A stretch of 64,000 nt of DNA from Octopus vulgaris. Lineage: Eukaryota. The stretch spans positions 31,186,001 to 31,250,000 of the forward strand of contig OX597829.1 in the NCBI GenBank assembly GCA_951406725.2. Reading direction: 5' to 3'. Under the pieces are notes generated by a model, which saw only the letters and a program-made list of their open reading frames with translations, was not told where the DNA came from and made no database searches. A program made the translations under genes and the position numbers. Of this stretch, positions 12,631 through 27,369 are shown one piece after another (the stretch's first letter is position 1; each line of letters starts with the position of its first letter).

Positions 12631-13011
12631 TCTCTCTATATAAACGGCAGTTTGTCTGTGCGTTTTCTGTGTGTCTGTTTTCTCGTACCCTCACCCTGAC
12701 CACGGCTTTCAACCGATTCTGATGAAACTTGACACACACATAGCCCAATGTCATAATTCAAAACTAACGCAGCGAAAATTTTGAAAAGTTCCCCCAGTTC
12801 TGAAAAAAATCGATAAATTCGACATGGGGTCGAGAATCAGAAACCCAAACCACAGACCGTCTAGGGGACGCAACTCCACCTTTTTTAACTCTCAAAAAAA
12901 TTTACCATCATTTTTTTTCCATTTTTTTGCTATTTTTTGGCTATAACTCTCTAAAAATGCTTTATAGTTATTTCCCTTACAAACCTGAGCAACGCCGGGC
13001 GATACTGCTAG
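12631..13011 (+). mobile_element. non-autonomous Helitron
   Basis: 5' TC start (tctctctatataaa), subterminal hairpin cctgagcaacgccggg, and 3' CTAG followed by T. Confidence 0.8.
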
Positions 13012-13859
13012 TATATATATATATATATATATATACCGGAGTAAACACATAAATGTGAAACAAGGTGGAAAAAAGAGTACTCAAATACCAGTGGTATATA
13101 TATATATGTTATATATATATATATTATATATATATATATAAATCATCAGCATCATCAACATCATTTAACATCTGCTTCCCATGCTGACATGGGTTGGGTG
13201 GCTTGACAGGAACTGGCAAGGCCAGGAGTTGAACTAGGTTTCAGTCTGTTATGGCTTGGTTTTTACAGCTGGATGCTCTTCTTAATGCCAACCACTTTAC
13301 AGAGTGTACTGGGTGCTTTTTATGCGACACCATCACCAATGCTTTTAGCATGGCACTAGCACCAGTGCTCTTTATGTAGCATCAATGCTCTTTATGTGGA
13401 GCCAGCGCTCTTTAAGTGGAAGCAGCACCTACACCAATGCTTTTTCATGTGACACCTTGGTTTTAGGATATCAATTCTGTTCTGATATGTGGGTCTCCTT
13501 GAGTACAGCAATGTGCCACATATTTCAGTCCTCTGTCATCTACTTTGTAAGTCTTCAATACTTTGTCTCATGTCTTCTTGGGTTTCCTTCTTCCACAACT
13601 TCCCTCCACTTTAAGTGATCAGCACTTCTTTATGCAACTGTCTCCAGTTGACTCCATCATGTGACCAAACCAGTAGTCTCCTCTCTTGCACACTTGAATA
13701 TAATTACTCTTATGCCTAATTTTTCTCTCAATACACTAGTGCTCTGTTGCATACATACTCTGACATTCCACATCCAGCAGAACATACTAGCTTCACTTCT
13801 CTTTGGTCTTTGCATGTCCTCTGCATTCAGGGCCCACATCTCACTATCATGTAGCACTG

Positions 13860-14638
13860 TAATTTTCCACTGTTCGAAGCTATCCTGGCACTCTTATGAA
13901 GTGATACCTTTTAACACCTCTGTCGTTCTTTGCTTCATCTCTTCCACATCTGCAAATTCTGTAGTACCAGCTTTCATCACCAATGATAACCTTTGAAAAA
14001 AAGTTTGGATAAAATTTCCAGCTTTTCTTTCAGTTCACGACACATGACTGCTTTTGATCTTTTATGAGCAAGAGAGGCACAAATTTTGCTGCAACTCATT
14101 TAATTCACAATTCCTCGCACAAATCTTTCTGGCAGGAGCTCCAGGACACACTAGTCATATCAACAAATTCATCAATTGTTTGGTGATGGTCCTCCAAGAT
14201 AAGTTCATGAATTTTTGTGATGTTTTCATTCATTTAGGAGGTCAATGATCGCTCTCAATGAGGTTGGTCATCAAGCAACAAGTGACCATTCCTAAAGTGT
14301 GGAAACCACTCGTAAACTTGTGTTTTGCTCATGGCAGCATCCTTGTAAGCTGTTTGAAGCATGACAATTGTTTTGGCCACTGTTTTCCCCAGCAGAAAAA
14401 ACACAATTTCAAAGAAGTACACTGTTCCTTCATTTCAACTATTGCAAAAATCGATGAACATAGGAGAAACACTGCAAAACAAAGATGCACCATGTGGCAG
14501 CACAACTTCACTTGATGATGTCAGTCAGCATACTGATGCCTGAGGGTCATATCAAGTGGCTTCTAGAGGCAGAAGCCCCAATTACAATGGATTTGTCCCG
14601 CACAGAAGGTTTCCGCTTACTTTTGGGTACCTCCTCAT
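13860..14638 (-). mobile_element. internally deleted mariner transposon
   Basis: Frameshifted MKEQ..S.K.CF..GKT..KT..ML..AYKDAAMSKTQVYEWF...VAAKFVP...KVIIGDESW, joined directly to the C-terminal FADVEEMKQRT..FEQWK. TIR-like TA-tgaggaggtacccaaaa. Confidence 0.8.
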
Positions 14639-17600
14639 ACAGTGGAAAACCATTGATGATATGTGTACTTCCTTAAGGCTGACCTGTGACGAAACTACAG
14701 CCACAGAAATTATTGCACATGCTTATACCATGTGTAGACATTGGAAACCAAAACAGAAAACAAAAACGTTATTGACATCACTGAGCATGTGGTTTTGTGT
14801 AAATTAAAAAAAAAAACAAGTAATAACTACGTATTTAATAATAATGATGTTATAATTTATTAATGTTTTAAATTCCTCACTCTTACGCCCCCTACCAAAA
14901 AAAATAATAAAATTCAGAAACAATCTAAGTGCTAAAAATAAAAAAACATGCACTTGTGTTTTCTGGCTTGAACCAAAGACAGTTATTATAATAAAAGAAC
15001 TAATTGCAAGTTGGCATCTAAGTTTAGTTGCAGCCCATTATGTTGGTTTAAATAATCAGAAAGCATATTTGCTTTCACTGCAAATTAAATTCAGTATTAA
15101 TTGGCAGCAATCAAGTGAGTTAAGTATAGTATAATGATAATTAAAACTTTAGTGCTACTGCTGTAATGAATGATAATCAGAGTACAGCATCAGAAATCAA
15201 TCATAAGCAATTTACTCAAACAATTAAATTGAACTGCTACTATTTTACTAATTAGTTTTAGGTTTTGGAGCATTATTTTCCTAAATTGTGAGCAGAGTTG
15301 CATTTTGCAAATTTTCAAAGTTTCTAAATTTTATGATATAAGCATATACATGTACATGCATACATAACATAAATATGCATACACACACATACTTATATAT
15401 ACACACACAAACACACACACTTATACACACACACATTCAAATATACACACATACACATATATACTTTTTACTCTTTTACTTGTTTCAGTTATTTGACTGT
15501 GGCCATGCTGGAGCACCACTTTTAGTCGAGCAAATCAACCCCAGGACTTTTGTAAGCCTAATACTTATTTTATCAGTCTCTTCTGCCGAACCATTAAGTT
15601 ACGGGGATGTAAACACACCAGCATCGGTTGTCAAGCGATGTTGGGGGGACAAACACAGACACACACATACATATATACAATGGGCTTCTTTCAGTTTCCG
15701 TCTACCAAATCCACCCACAAGGCTTTGGTCGACCCAAGGCTATAGTAGAAGACACTTGCCCAAGGTGCCACACAGTGGGACATACACTTATCCACACACA
15801 CACACACACGTAAAGGTTGGAACATAGCTGTACAGTTAAGAAGTTCACTTCCCTTCTATGTGGTTTCAGGTTCAGTTATGGCCTATCCTAGGTACATCTT
15901 CAAAATCCCTGTGAATTTGATAAACAGAAACATGCCCATTATGTGTATGTGTGTGTGTGTTTGTGTCTCCTTGGCTTAACATAACCGTGTCATTCATTTA
16001 CAATATTCTGTAAAAAGATGTCTGACCACAGGAAATATTATCACACTTGGAAACCAGTAAGGGTTGGTGACAGGAAGAACATCCAGTCACAGAAAATTTG
16101 TCTCAATAAATTCCACATAACCCATGCAGACATAGAAAAGTGGATTGTAAAATAACAAGAACAACATTGTCGATGATGATGATGAGGATGATGATGAACA
16201 GGAGTAGGCAGAGGATATGCTAGCTTCACACATGCAGTTTTGTAATATTGGAATCTTTTCATGAAGGATCTTTATTGTTTCATTCTGACAGTTTGATACA
16301 CTTTTCCAAGCAGCAACCACACAACTATGAATTGGATTCACTGAGGCATATAGAGAGATCAATACATCTGACCAAAGATCCCAACACATTTTCAATAGCA
16401 GGGATTCATTTATGACCATCAGTGCCCAAATCATTCAGCTCTCTATCAATCAAATGAACAACATTGGCACCATAAATGAATGGAATCTCATAACATCCTG
16501 AATACCATTTTACACCTTGTTTATTTATATATTTATTTGTTAATATTTTGTTTTCCTTCCTTTACCAGTTCTTATAACCATTCTTTTAAAAGAGGATGGG
16601 CAAAATATCCCCCCTGCTCATTACTGAAGTTTCACAGTTGAATGACATATCTAATTTCAGCAACATAGCTAAGAAAGGTATGAACATCATACAGCCTTAC
16701 TTTTTTTTTTTTCTTCCATCTTCTACACCATTTCATATGTAAGGAAAAGATTATCATTACTGTTGTAAAAAATAAAAAATTTCAAAACTAGAAGAAAAAA
16801 TATTATTACCATTGCTTGATGACTGGTGTTGGTGTGTTTACATCCCTGTAACAGTGGCTCAGCAAAAGAAACTGATAAAATAAGTAACAAGCTTTAAAAT
16901 AAAACAAAAGTACTGGTATCAGTTTGTTCATCTAAAATTTTTCAATGTGGCACCCTGGCATGTACACAGTCTAATGACTGAAGCAAGTTAAAGACAAAAG
17001 ATAAAAGATAGAGATATAAAAAGAAAAATAGGTAGGGAGCTGGAAGAATTGTTAGTGCAGCAGATAAAACACTTACCAACATTTCTTCTAACTCTTTACA
17101 TTCTAAGATCAAATCCAATTAAGGTCAACTTTGCTTTTCATCCTATCAAACTTGAGGAAATAAAAGTACCAGTCAAGTCACTCCTTTCAAAATTGCTAGC
17201 CTTGTACCAAAACTACTAAGAATTATTATTAATTTAAAAAAAAGAAAAACATTCTCAAGCAAACACAATTTGCTGTTATGTACCACACTTTCATAAGTTG
17301 TTTTAGATGTTGATGAAGTCATGAGCAGACACAAGCCCCTCTCAGTGGAACATCAAGGATGTGATAGAGAGAGAGAGAGAGTGTGTGTGTGTGTGAGTGA
17401 ACAAGATCAACTCTAGCCTGTTGCTATGTGAAATGTCATGCTCAATGTGCCACTTAGTCCAGGAATTAAATCCATAACTTTATAATTGTAAGCCCAGAAC
17501 CTCTAACCATGCAATGTGCCTTCTTAAATTAATAACTATTACTATGATATGAGCACCAAACAGTGATTAGGCATAAACAAACTTTAGGTTAGTTAAAATA

Positions 17601-20358
17601 TGTTTGTGACATGTTTCAACTGCTAAAAGACACATTCGCTGCAGTTACCATGGAGAAAAAATACTCTTATATGGTAAAAAGGTGTAAAAAATACCATATC
17701 TGCCCAATAACTATTAATAAAAATAATGATTATTATTATCATTATTATTGTGAAGGCTTGGGGCTTACCTGTTATGGTGCTGGACACATTGCTGTAAAGA
17801 ACTGGGCTAGATGTTACAGATGCAACAAAGAGGATGGCTATAAATCACTGAAGCTGCAGAGATTATTAAGTGGCTTTAAATAAAGAGAGCAGACAGTAAT
17901 TTGCTGCTGTTGGATGCAAGCTGGGACTTGATCAATCATGGCTGGGTCAAATGAGGGGGATCTGATGCTGAAAGACCCTAATCCCACAAACATCAAAAGA
18001 GCATCTGTGAGATGTATTTTAAAACCATGTATCATAATCATCATAATCATTTAACATCGCTTTCCATGCCATGCTGGCATGGGTTGGATGGTTTGACTGA
18101 GGGCTGGAGAGCCAGAAGGCTGCCCCAGGCTCCAATCCTATCTGACAAAGGTTCTACAGCTGGATGCCCTTCCTAATGCCAACCACTCTGAGAGTATAGT
18201 GGGTGCTTTTTACATGCCACCATCACGAGGGCCAGTCAGGTAGTGCTGGCATTGACCATGCTTGCATGGTGCCTTTCACATGCCACCAGCATGGGAGCCA
18301 GTCAGGTGGTACTGGCAATGACCATGCTCGAATGGTGCTTTTTATGTGCCACCAGCACGGGACCAGTCAGCCAGTACTGGCATCAACCATGCTTGAATGA
18401 TACTTTTTACATGCTACTGACACAGGAGCCAGTCAGAAGGCACTGGCAATGATCACACTCGAATGGCATGGTTTTTCTGGCTGGATGCCCTTCCTAATGT
18501 CAACCACTTTACAGAGTGTGCTAGATGCTTTTATGTGGCACTGGCACAAATATTTTTTTATGTGGTACTGACATAAGAGCTTTTTCTGTGACACTGGCAT
18601 AGGACTCTTGCAGGCCAATTCACTTCACCTGGAGGGGCAGCCTTAACACTTCTGTGGAGTATGAGTCTTGGTCTTTTACCATTTTGTTTGAAAGGTTCAG
18701 TGTCCTGAGGTCATCCTTATCATCGTCATCATCATCATCATTTAGCATCTGTTTTCCATGTTGGCATGAGTTAGAAGTTTGACTAAAACTGGTAAGCTGT
18801 AGGGCTACATGAGGTTCTAGTCTGATTTGACATGCTTTCTACAGTTGGGTGCCCTTCCTCACACCAACCACTCCAAGAGTGGGTGCTCTTTATGTGCCAC
18901 TGGCATGGGTGCCAGTTGCATGATACCAGCATCAACCACAACTATGATTTCACTAGGCTTCATTGGTCTTCTCAAGCACAGCAAATCACCAAAGGTCTTT
19001 GTCACTTATCATTTCCTCCATGAGGCCCAATGTTCGAAGGGTGCTTTTCATGTGCCACTGGCATGGATGCCAGTTATGCGACACCAGCATCAGCCACGAC
19101 TATGTGGTCATGCTGGGATACCATCTTGAAGAATTTTTAGTCAAATGAATCGACCCCAGAACCAATGTTTTTTTAAAGCCTGGTTTATTATATCTGTCTC
19201 TTTTACTGAACTGGTAAGTTACTGCTGTTAAGCAGTAGTGGGGAACAAACACAAAGACAGACATATATATCGATGTGTGTGTGACAGGCTTCTTTCAGTT
19301 TCCAGCTACCAAATCCACTCACAAGGCTTTGGCTATCTGAGACTATTGTAGAAAACACTTACTCTTAGGTGCCATGTAAGTGGGACTGACCCAGAACCAA
19401 ATGGTTGGGAATCAAGCTTCTTACATATATTATAATAAATTATTAGTCATCTGTAGGCAAAACTACATCTTCATGTCATAATCTTTTCTGTGCAAAATAG
19501 TATCAGCTGGTTGTAAGTCCTTACTGAATTCTTTTATTTCAGAGATTTTCTGCTAAATGGATTGTCTTTGCTACAACTGGTGATCACCATCTAGTTTTGA
19601 CTATACTGGATGGTGGTAGTTGACTCTCCTGAGTTTCTCTGCCTTTGTTTATTTCACCCCATAGGGTGTCCAAAGATGAACTCTCTTCATCAAGCTAGGT
19701 TGTTGAGGCTGCTGATTTAGTCACTGATGACCTGACCATGCAACAGGTTGTACTGGTTACATATTACTTAGTAGCGTAAGAACGACATATATATGCATGA
19801 ATGTTTATACATAAAATAGGTAAATATACATTTATGTGTATGTATGTATGTATGTATGTATTATGTATGTATGTATGAAGATAATGTTTTTTTTTTTTCA
19901 TGCTTTAAGCTAGCATAACAAGTCAACCACACCCATTAATAATAACAGTATTCCATTTGTAAATTAATGGTGAACTTCAAAAAACTAGATGCTGAAACTT
20001 GTTCTTTTTATTTTCCATATCAGAAACAAGCAGAAGATTTAGGTTAATTAAGACATTAATTACAAGTTCATCAAATAAAAATATAAGAAAAAAAAAACAA
20101 ATGAAAGATTCAAATTTCAAATTTTAGCCTTGAGGTATTCAGTGAAGTATTATAATTATTACAATTTTTTCTCACATAATTGGCTTTTTCCATTACTTTG
20201 TAATTGTTATTCACACCTATTAAATAAACATTATTTCAAATAATAAAGACTTATACAAACAGCATTAGGACTTAACTCAAATTATGACATTCATGTCCAA
20301 AGCACAATGTAAATGATATTAAACAGTTAAAACTGAGATTTATATCTGAGTTGTTTAA

Positions 20359-20581
20359 CCCTTTCATTACCAACCTGGCTGAAACCAGCTCTGGCTTTGT
20401 AGTACAAATGTCTTGTTTTTATAAGTTTTAAATTAAAATCTTCCACCAAACCTTACACACAATTTATGTTCCTAACACTAGATGAATGATAACTAAGTTA
20501 TTTTACTAAATTCTTTGTTATATTTAAAGTAATTGAAAAAAAAACACAGAGCATCTCAAAATAAATACAGTAATGAAAGGG
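20359..20581. mobile_element. piggyBac-like MITE
   Basis: TTAA|ccctttcattac ... gtaatgaaaggg|TCAA, i.e. a perfect 12-bp TIR with a TTAA-type target. Confidence 0.75.
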
Positions 20582-20678
20582 TCAATTCTTGTATTAACAT
20601 ATTTCTGTTAAAATATACTTTGTTTCCATTATTTTGAAAATAATGAAGAGTTTAGTAAAATAGCTTTGTCATTATTAA

Positions 20679-20888
20679 CCCTTTAGCATTTAATCCAGCC
20701 ATATCCAGCCCAAATATTCTATCTGTTTTATGTTCAAACGAGCCAGATCCAGCATCTTACACTAACCCACCAATGTCCTTCTAAAATTAAACAATCACAT
20801 CATTGAAATCTCAAAGCTACAAGATTAATTCAAAACAATGTGAATAAATATGTATTACATTTAATAGAGTAATCTGAACACTAAAGTG
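20679..20888. mobile_element. piggyBac-like MITE nested in a related element (~20590-21170)
   Basis: TTAA|ccctttagc ... actaaagtg|TTAA. The host sequence (tttagtaaaata.ctttgtca.tattaa / g.t...gttt) resumes after the insert and recurs uninterrupted at ~21030-21100. Confidence 0.65.
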
Positions 20889-23134
20889 TTAAGTTAAAGT
20901 TTGAAACATAAATTAACATGAAATTTTGATGGACGGTTTTTTTAGATCACTTACACCCTTCTATCGCCATATTTTTGATGAAATACATTGCTTTCTTCAT
21001 ATTTCTAATTGAATTTGTATAAAATGAAGGGTTTAGTAAAATAACTTTGTCACTATTAAGCTGGTGTTTGGGACATGAATTAACATGAAACTATGATGGA
21101 AAGTTTTAATTTAGATCATGTTAAAACAGGAAGTTTGTATCATAGAACCAAAAGTGGTCTCAGGTAGGTCAAAGCACTGGATATAATGCTTTGCGGTATT
21201 TGTTCTAATTCTCTAAACTCTGAGGTCAAATTCCATCAACGTAAACTTTGCTTTTTGTTTTTGCAGGTTGATAAAAATGTAACAATCCAGAGAGGTAGAT
21301 TTGCGGAACTGTAAAAAAATGTCAAACTGAATCAATGTGATTTTTATCCTGGCTCTCTGCATTCTGAGTTCAATTTTGTACAGATGCCTATAAAGAAAGC
21401 AGTTGTACCAATTCACAGGTCTAGCATGGTGAGTAATGCAAATCCTCAAAAGTAAATGCTGCCATCAAAAAGATGGTTCCTGACAAAGACGAGAAAGAGG
21501 TTCCAGCAGATGGCGCTGGTGCCACAATAAAGCAACCATGTTTGTGCCATGTAAAAGGCAACCAGCACACTCTGTAAAGTAGTTGGTGCTAGAAAGGGTA
21601 TCCAGTCATAGAAAACATGTCAAGACAGATAATTGGAGACCAAGCAGCTCTCCAGCTAGTCATCTCCTGTCAAACCATCCAACCCACGCCAGCATGAAAA
21701 ACAGATGATAAGCAATGATGATGATATAATTAACTCAGGAGATTCATTAATCAATTAAATAGAACTAGGAAAATATTACTCATTATTTGATAAACACACT
21801 AAACTACTAGCTACATTGGATCACATTTAACTTCCAAATGACTCACTTCACCCAGTATTGAGTGTTTCCTTTATCATATGACCACCGAAATATAATGGTG
21901 TAGAAACAAGTGAGTTTAAGTGGAAAGGGTATTTTTAGCAATCTCAAATAAATATCTCATTTACTTTAAATTAATATTGCTTACAACTAACACTTATAGA
22001 CGCTTCATCAATTTGCAGCTAGAAATGACTGAATATAAGATTAGGTTCTTTTTTTTGATTATCCAAACTGCTTTTTTTTGATGTCTCACTATATATGTAG
22101 TTTCATTTGGATTTAAATTCATTCTAACATGGTAATCATTTCAATATTGATCAGTACCACTAAGTTGACAATGAATATCTAATACTTTTATAACCTGGTT
22201 AGCTTAACATCCATTTTTTCCATGCTAGCATGAGTTAGATAGGAACTTATCAGAGGTAACATTTTATGGCTAGTTACCAATCCTTACTTATTTTTCAAGT
22301 ACAGGATTTTTTATTCTTCAGTTCTCCCAAAAGGGTAGAGAAACCGGATGTTATATCAATGAGTAATGCAAACACTAAAATGCTGTTTTGCTAAGATGTG
22401 GCAAACAGTGCCATGAAATTTCAATATTTATGAATATATACAGCAGTGATCTGACAAAATACTTCGCCTGCCAGACATAAATGCTTAGCGGCATTTCACC
22501 AGTCTTTACGCAAGATGGTGAGCTGGCAAATTCATTAGCATGCCAGGCAAAATACTTAGCAGCATTTCATCTGTCTTCACATTCTGAGTTCAAATTCTGT
22601 CAAAGTCAGCTTTGCTTTTTATCCTTTTAGGATCAATAAAAAGAGTACCAGCTAAACACTGGAACCAATGTAATCAACTTACCTCTCCCCTGGAATTACT
22701 GGCCTTGTACCAAAATTTGAAATCAATGTTTATGAATATATGGACACAAATACATATATAACATACCTCCATACATTTTCCATCTAGCAATTCTAAACAT
22801 TGGTCAACCCAAGGCTATAACAGAAGATGCTTGCTTAAGGCCTACTCTAATAAATTGATAACTCTTCCTGCCTCTGATTAGTACAATTATATTTGCAGTA
22901 GTTAATGACAGTATTGATACTCCAATTAGTGAGGAGCTAACATTTTTGCATATGATAGGCATAGGAGTGGCTGTGTGGTAAAGAGCTTGCTTACAAACCA
23001 CATGGTTCCAGGTTCAGTCCCACTGCGTGGCACTTTGGGCAAGTGTCTTCTACTACAGCCTTGGACCGACCAAAGCCTTGTGAGTGGATTTGGTAGACAG
23101 AAACTGGAAGAAGCCCGTCATATATGTGTGTGTG

Positions 23135-23165
<31 letters not shown>

Positions 23166-25186
23166 TTGTCATCCCAACATCGCTTGACAACCGATGCTGG
23201 AGTGTTTACATTCCCATAACTTAGCAGTTCGGCAAAAGGGACCGATAGAATAAGTACTAGGCTTATAAAGATTAAGTCCTGGGTTCAATTTGCTTGACTA
23301 AAGGGAGTGCTCCAGCATAGCTGCAATCAAATGACTGAAACAAGTAAAAGAGTATGATCTTATCAACTACAAAACATCACCAGCCTATAACCACTTCTAA
23401 ACCCAAATTATCTTTATTTCACAACATTCCCTCCTAACTAAATGTATTTGTCTTTTTGTTCTATGCTATTTCTCTCCATTTTCGTTTTTGTATCAACAAC
23501 ATACAATGTGTAAAACTTCCATAATAAACTTGTAACGAACATTATTTTAGATAAATAGTCAGGCAATTTCAATCCAATTAAATATGATACTGTATTTATT
23601 TGTATGCCACGTTGAATATCTAAACCTCTTTCAGATTTCCATATAATGTTTTACAGACTACCTATAACCATTCTCCCCACCAAACCCTGCTATCAAAGCA
23701 GTCTAAACAATCTCTAATCCATTTGGCAATTCTTTGTACATAATTATCTCTACAACTTACCCTATTCACATATCAGCCCATCAATTCAGAGAGGGAAAAA
23801 TATAATTAATCCTTTATTTGTTCTGATTAATATGTAACCAGTTCATTAACAAGTTTGCTACAATTGTTTGTTTTGTTTCACTTTGTTATAAGTAATTAGG
23901 TCATCCACATCACTAAGCCATAGCAATCTGAACTATTTAACATGTTGTTATTGCAAAAATAATAAGGATCTTTTTAATAAAAAAATTAAAAAAATTTTTT
24001 TCCATTACTCTAAATAAAGATATTTACATACTTTTTAGACAGACAAATAATTGTAAAGAAATATACAATTTATTTCAGAGCACATGACTTAAAAGTCTTT
24101 TAATAAATTTGTCTCGCAGGAACCAGAGCAACAGAATTCTATTGTTCATTCACATTTAACTGCAACTTTCCCGAATAATCCCTTTATGAACAATCCCTCA
24201 TCTGATGCCCCATTACAAGTTCCTAACAGGAAAACACATAAAACTTTTTTTTTTAGCCATAATATAAAGCTATTTAACTTATTTCACTCAATATTTTGAT
24301 CTCAGTGATTATTTGCTTGCCTTGATTTAAGTAACTTTTGTAAGGGTTTCACAGCAGGAGTGACAGTGTAGTAAGTAGCTTGCTTACCAGCCACATGGTT
24401 CCGGGTTCATCCGCACTGCGTGGCACCTTGGGTAAGTGTCTTCTACTATAGCCTCGGGCTGACCAAAACCTCGAGTGGATTTGGTGGACGGAAACTGAAA
24501 GAAGCACGTTGTATGTGTGTGTGTGTGTGTGTGCTTGTCCCCCAAAATTGCTTGACAATCAATAGTGGTGTGTTTACGTCCCCATAACTTAGCAGTTTGG
24601 CAAAAGAGACCGATAAAATAAGTACTAAGCTTCCAAAGAATAATACTGGGGTCGATTTGCTCGACTAAAGGCGGTGCTCCAGTAGGCCACAGTCAAATGA
24701 CTGAAACAAGTAAAAGAGTTGTATGACAAATTTAACATATAAAGGAACCACAATAAAAAAAAGAAATAATTTATAAGAAAAATTCAAAAAAAGAAAAGTC
24801 TGATAATTTCTGTCATATTAGAAAAATGTCATGCTAGAGGAGATCCACGCACGCACACACACACATCATTATCATCATAGTTTTAATGTTCACTTTTCAG
24901 TGCTTTCATGGGGCAGACAGAATTCATTGAGTCTCATTTTGTGTGACTGGGTATGCTCTCTCTGTTGCCAAATCTCACCACTTTTAAAGAAAGGTATTAC
25001 TTTTCCTTCACTGGACATGTCTTTCATAGAAGACTGGAAATGAAGGACATGGCTTGCTTGACAGTGACACTTGTTAACAACTATTCAAGGTGCCAAGACA
25101 AAGTACACACATACACATGTATCTATTTCTGTCTCCCTCTTTCATATATATATATATATATATATAAGTTCAGCAAAATTTAGATT

Positions 25187-25440
25187 CAAATGAATATGGT
25201 ACTTAAGCTAGATGCACCAGAATTTTGTATGGTGTTATCCATATAAATCCATGGGAATGATTATAATCAAAATAAGCAACAAGAATATCTTCGGTAATTT
25301 GGTACGATCGTTTCACGCTACATCATTTTATTAAACATTGTAAGTATTACAACATTGTAATACTTAAAATATTTAATAAAATGATGTAGCGTGAAACAAT
25401 CATACCAAATTACTGAAGATATTCTTGTTGCTTATTTTGA
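25187..25440. repeat. asymmetric palindrome of a PLE-like end carrying a hammerhead 3' half
   Basis: Arms 25267-~25350 and ~25355-25440. The minus arm reads GAAACGAUCGUA (palindromic stem III); the 5' core is lost at the inversion point. Flanked by (TA)n. Confidence 0.7.
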
Positions 25441-25636
25441 GTATATATATATATATATCCTGGTTTAGCGAATGTTCGTGGAAACCTGCAGGAATTGCCT
25501 CAAATAATGTCAGATTTTCCTGTGTGCATCAGCCACTTTACAGAGTATACTGAGTGAATTTTATCATAGTACCAGCACTATTTCACAACATTCCCTTCTA
25601 ACTACAACTTACCCTATTCACATAACAGACCATCAG

Positions 25637-25875
25637 TCAAGCATCCCACGACAGAGGCACTGGTGGATGGCATGGGCTTGCTTCTCCAGTGCTGAACCGC
25701 AAGCCCATTGACTTTTCCCGGTTAATTTTCGTTCCTGTTACTGCTTCATAGTCTTTCAGTGTCTCGCCAACTAGCTCCATGTTCTTCTGGCTAGACACTA
25801 TGACGGTGATGTCGTCCGCGTATGCAGACACACTCTTCCCACATCCCAATTCTCACAGGATGCCCCTCAGCGTTG
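25637..25875 (-). pseudogene. Tx1/L1-clade LINE reverse transcriptase fragment
   Basis: VSAYADDITVIVSS...LKDYEAVTGTKINREKS, i.e. the RT YADD motif followed by SG.KIN..KS-like motifs. Confidence 0.8.
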
Positions 25876-25889
25876 CCAGCTAGCAGGAT

Positions 25890-25994
25890 TAGATAGATAT
25901 ATACATACATACAGAGAAATAGATAGGTAGAGATAGACATAGATAAATAGATATAGGCAGACAGATAGATATAGACAGACAGACACACACAGAT

Positions 25995-26033
<39 letters not shown>

Positions 26034-26440
26034 CATACAGGTAGACGGACAGACAGACAGATAGACAGACAGATAGATAGGGACAGACAAACAGATAGAT
26101 AGATATGGACAGACAGACAGATAGATATATACATAGATAGAGATATTGATATAGACATATATAAATAAAGATAGATAGATAGATAGATATATAGATAGAC
26201 AGATAGACAGATAGATAGACAGATAGACAGAAAGTCAAACAGACACACAGACAGACAGATAGATAGATAGACAGATAGATAGATAGACAGATAGATACAG
26301 ACTGACAGACAAACAGACAGACAGATAGACAGAGATACAGACTGACAGACAGATAGATAGATACATACGTACGTATGTATATACGTACATACATACATAC
26401 GTACATACATACATACATACATACATAGACAGACAGACAC
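25890..26440. repeat. compound (GATA/GACA/TACA)n microsatellite
   Basis: Tetranucleotide tandem repeats seen directly. Confidence 0.95.
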
Positions 26441-27195
26441 AGATAATGAAGCAGAAGATCTTTAGTATGAAAACAGTTTTAGTTGCTATTAAAACTGAAC
26501 TTCATACATGAAATATGAAACATTCCAGAGACTTTAAAACACACACACACACACACACTCCATCTCACTTCAGGCTGCAAGGATGCTTTTAAGTGGAAAA
26601 GATAAGAGGAAAATTATGTTCTCTACAGCATTTGCAACATAACATAATAGCTACCAAATGACAAAAGCCAAAATGTTTTTGTTTTTGCTTTTTTTGCAAT
26701 ATCAATGAGCACATCAAACAAACTAATAATATTGCAAAAAGTTATTTCTTTTCTAAGCAAAGCAATATGGAATTAACTAATGAAATAATCAACCTAATTT
26801 GACACAGAGATTGATGACCAGGATGATAATACATTCACCATTGTTTAAGACTCTTGATTAACTTCTCAAGCATATAATGATTTATTTAATTATTGCCCAC
26901 CCCCCACCTCAATAGTAACCCAGTAATAACTTTCTTACCTGCTCTCCACAGAAAAGGGTAAAAAAAAAAAAAGAAATGCAAAAATATACAAATTCATTTC
27001 AGAATATATTTTTCTGCCAAATCTAACATGGACAAGGTTATAGAATACATAGTAAAGAACATATATATATATATATATATATACATACACACACACACAC
27101 ACATATATATATATGTATAAATTTTCAAAATATAACCACATGTGAATAGTTGGCGATTTTCTTCCTCCGTCTTACCTTCTATTGGACTTTCCTCC

Positions 27196-27231
27196 GTTCC
27201 CGATAAAGAGCATAAGCTCGAAACGTTAAAC
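27196..27231 (+). ncRNA. degenerate minimal hammerhead motif in a PLE-like terminal repeat (~27122-27330)
   Basis: GUUC-CCGAUAA-A-GAGC-AUAA-GCUC-GAAA-CG-UU-AAAC. The core differs from CUGAUGA at two positions. Confidence 0.5.
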
Positions 27232-27336
27232 CATACTTCTTTCCTTCACTGAGCGTCTGCTAAATACTTTACCTGAACCACATCCCCGCGTTGTTGTTTT
27301 TTGGGCTTGTTGTTCTTTTAGGGGTTTACTACATAT

Positions 27337-27369
<33 letters not shown>

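Noticed and set aside
16087-16434. 115-aa minus-strand ORF
   Set aside because: It runs through a (CAT)n repeat tail and at best weakly resembles a decayed Tc1/mariner C-terminus. No splice support.
19500-19780. CTGATGA motif and possible ribozyme
   Set aside because: No stem II/GAAA follows. The region resembles a decayed LINE 5' region, but I could not fold an HDV-like ribozyme.
21384-21428. 45-nt candidate exon (cag|ATG...ATG|gtgagt)
   Set aside because: The acceptor derives from a SINE fragment, the pyrimidine tract is weak and the peptide is unrecognisable.
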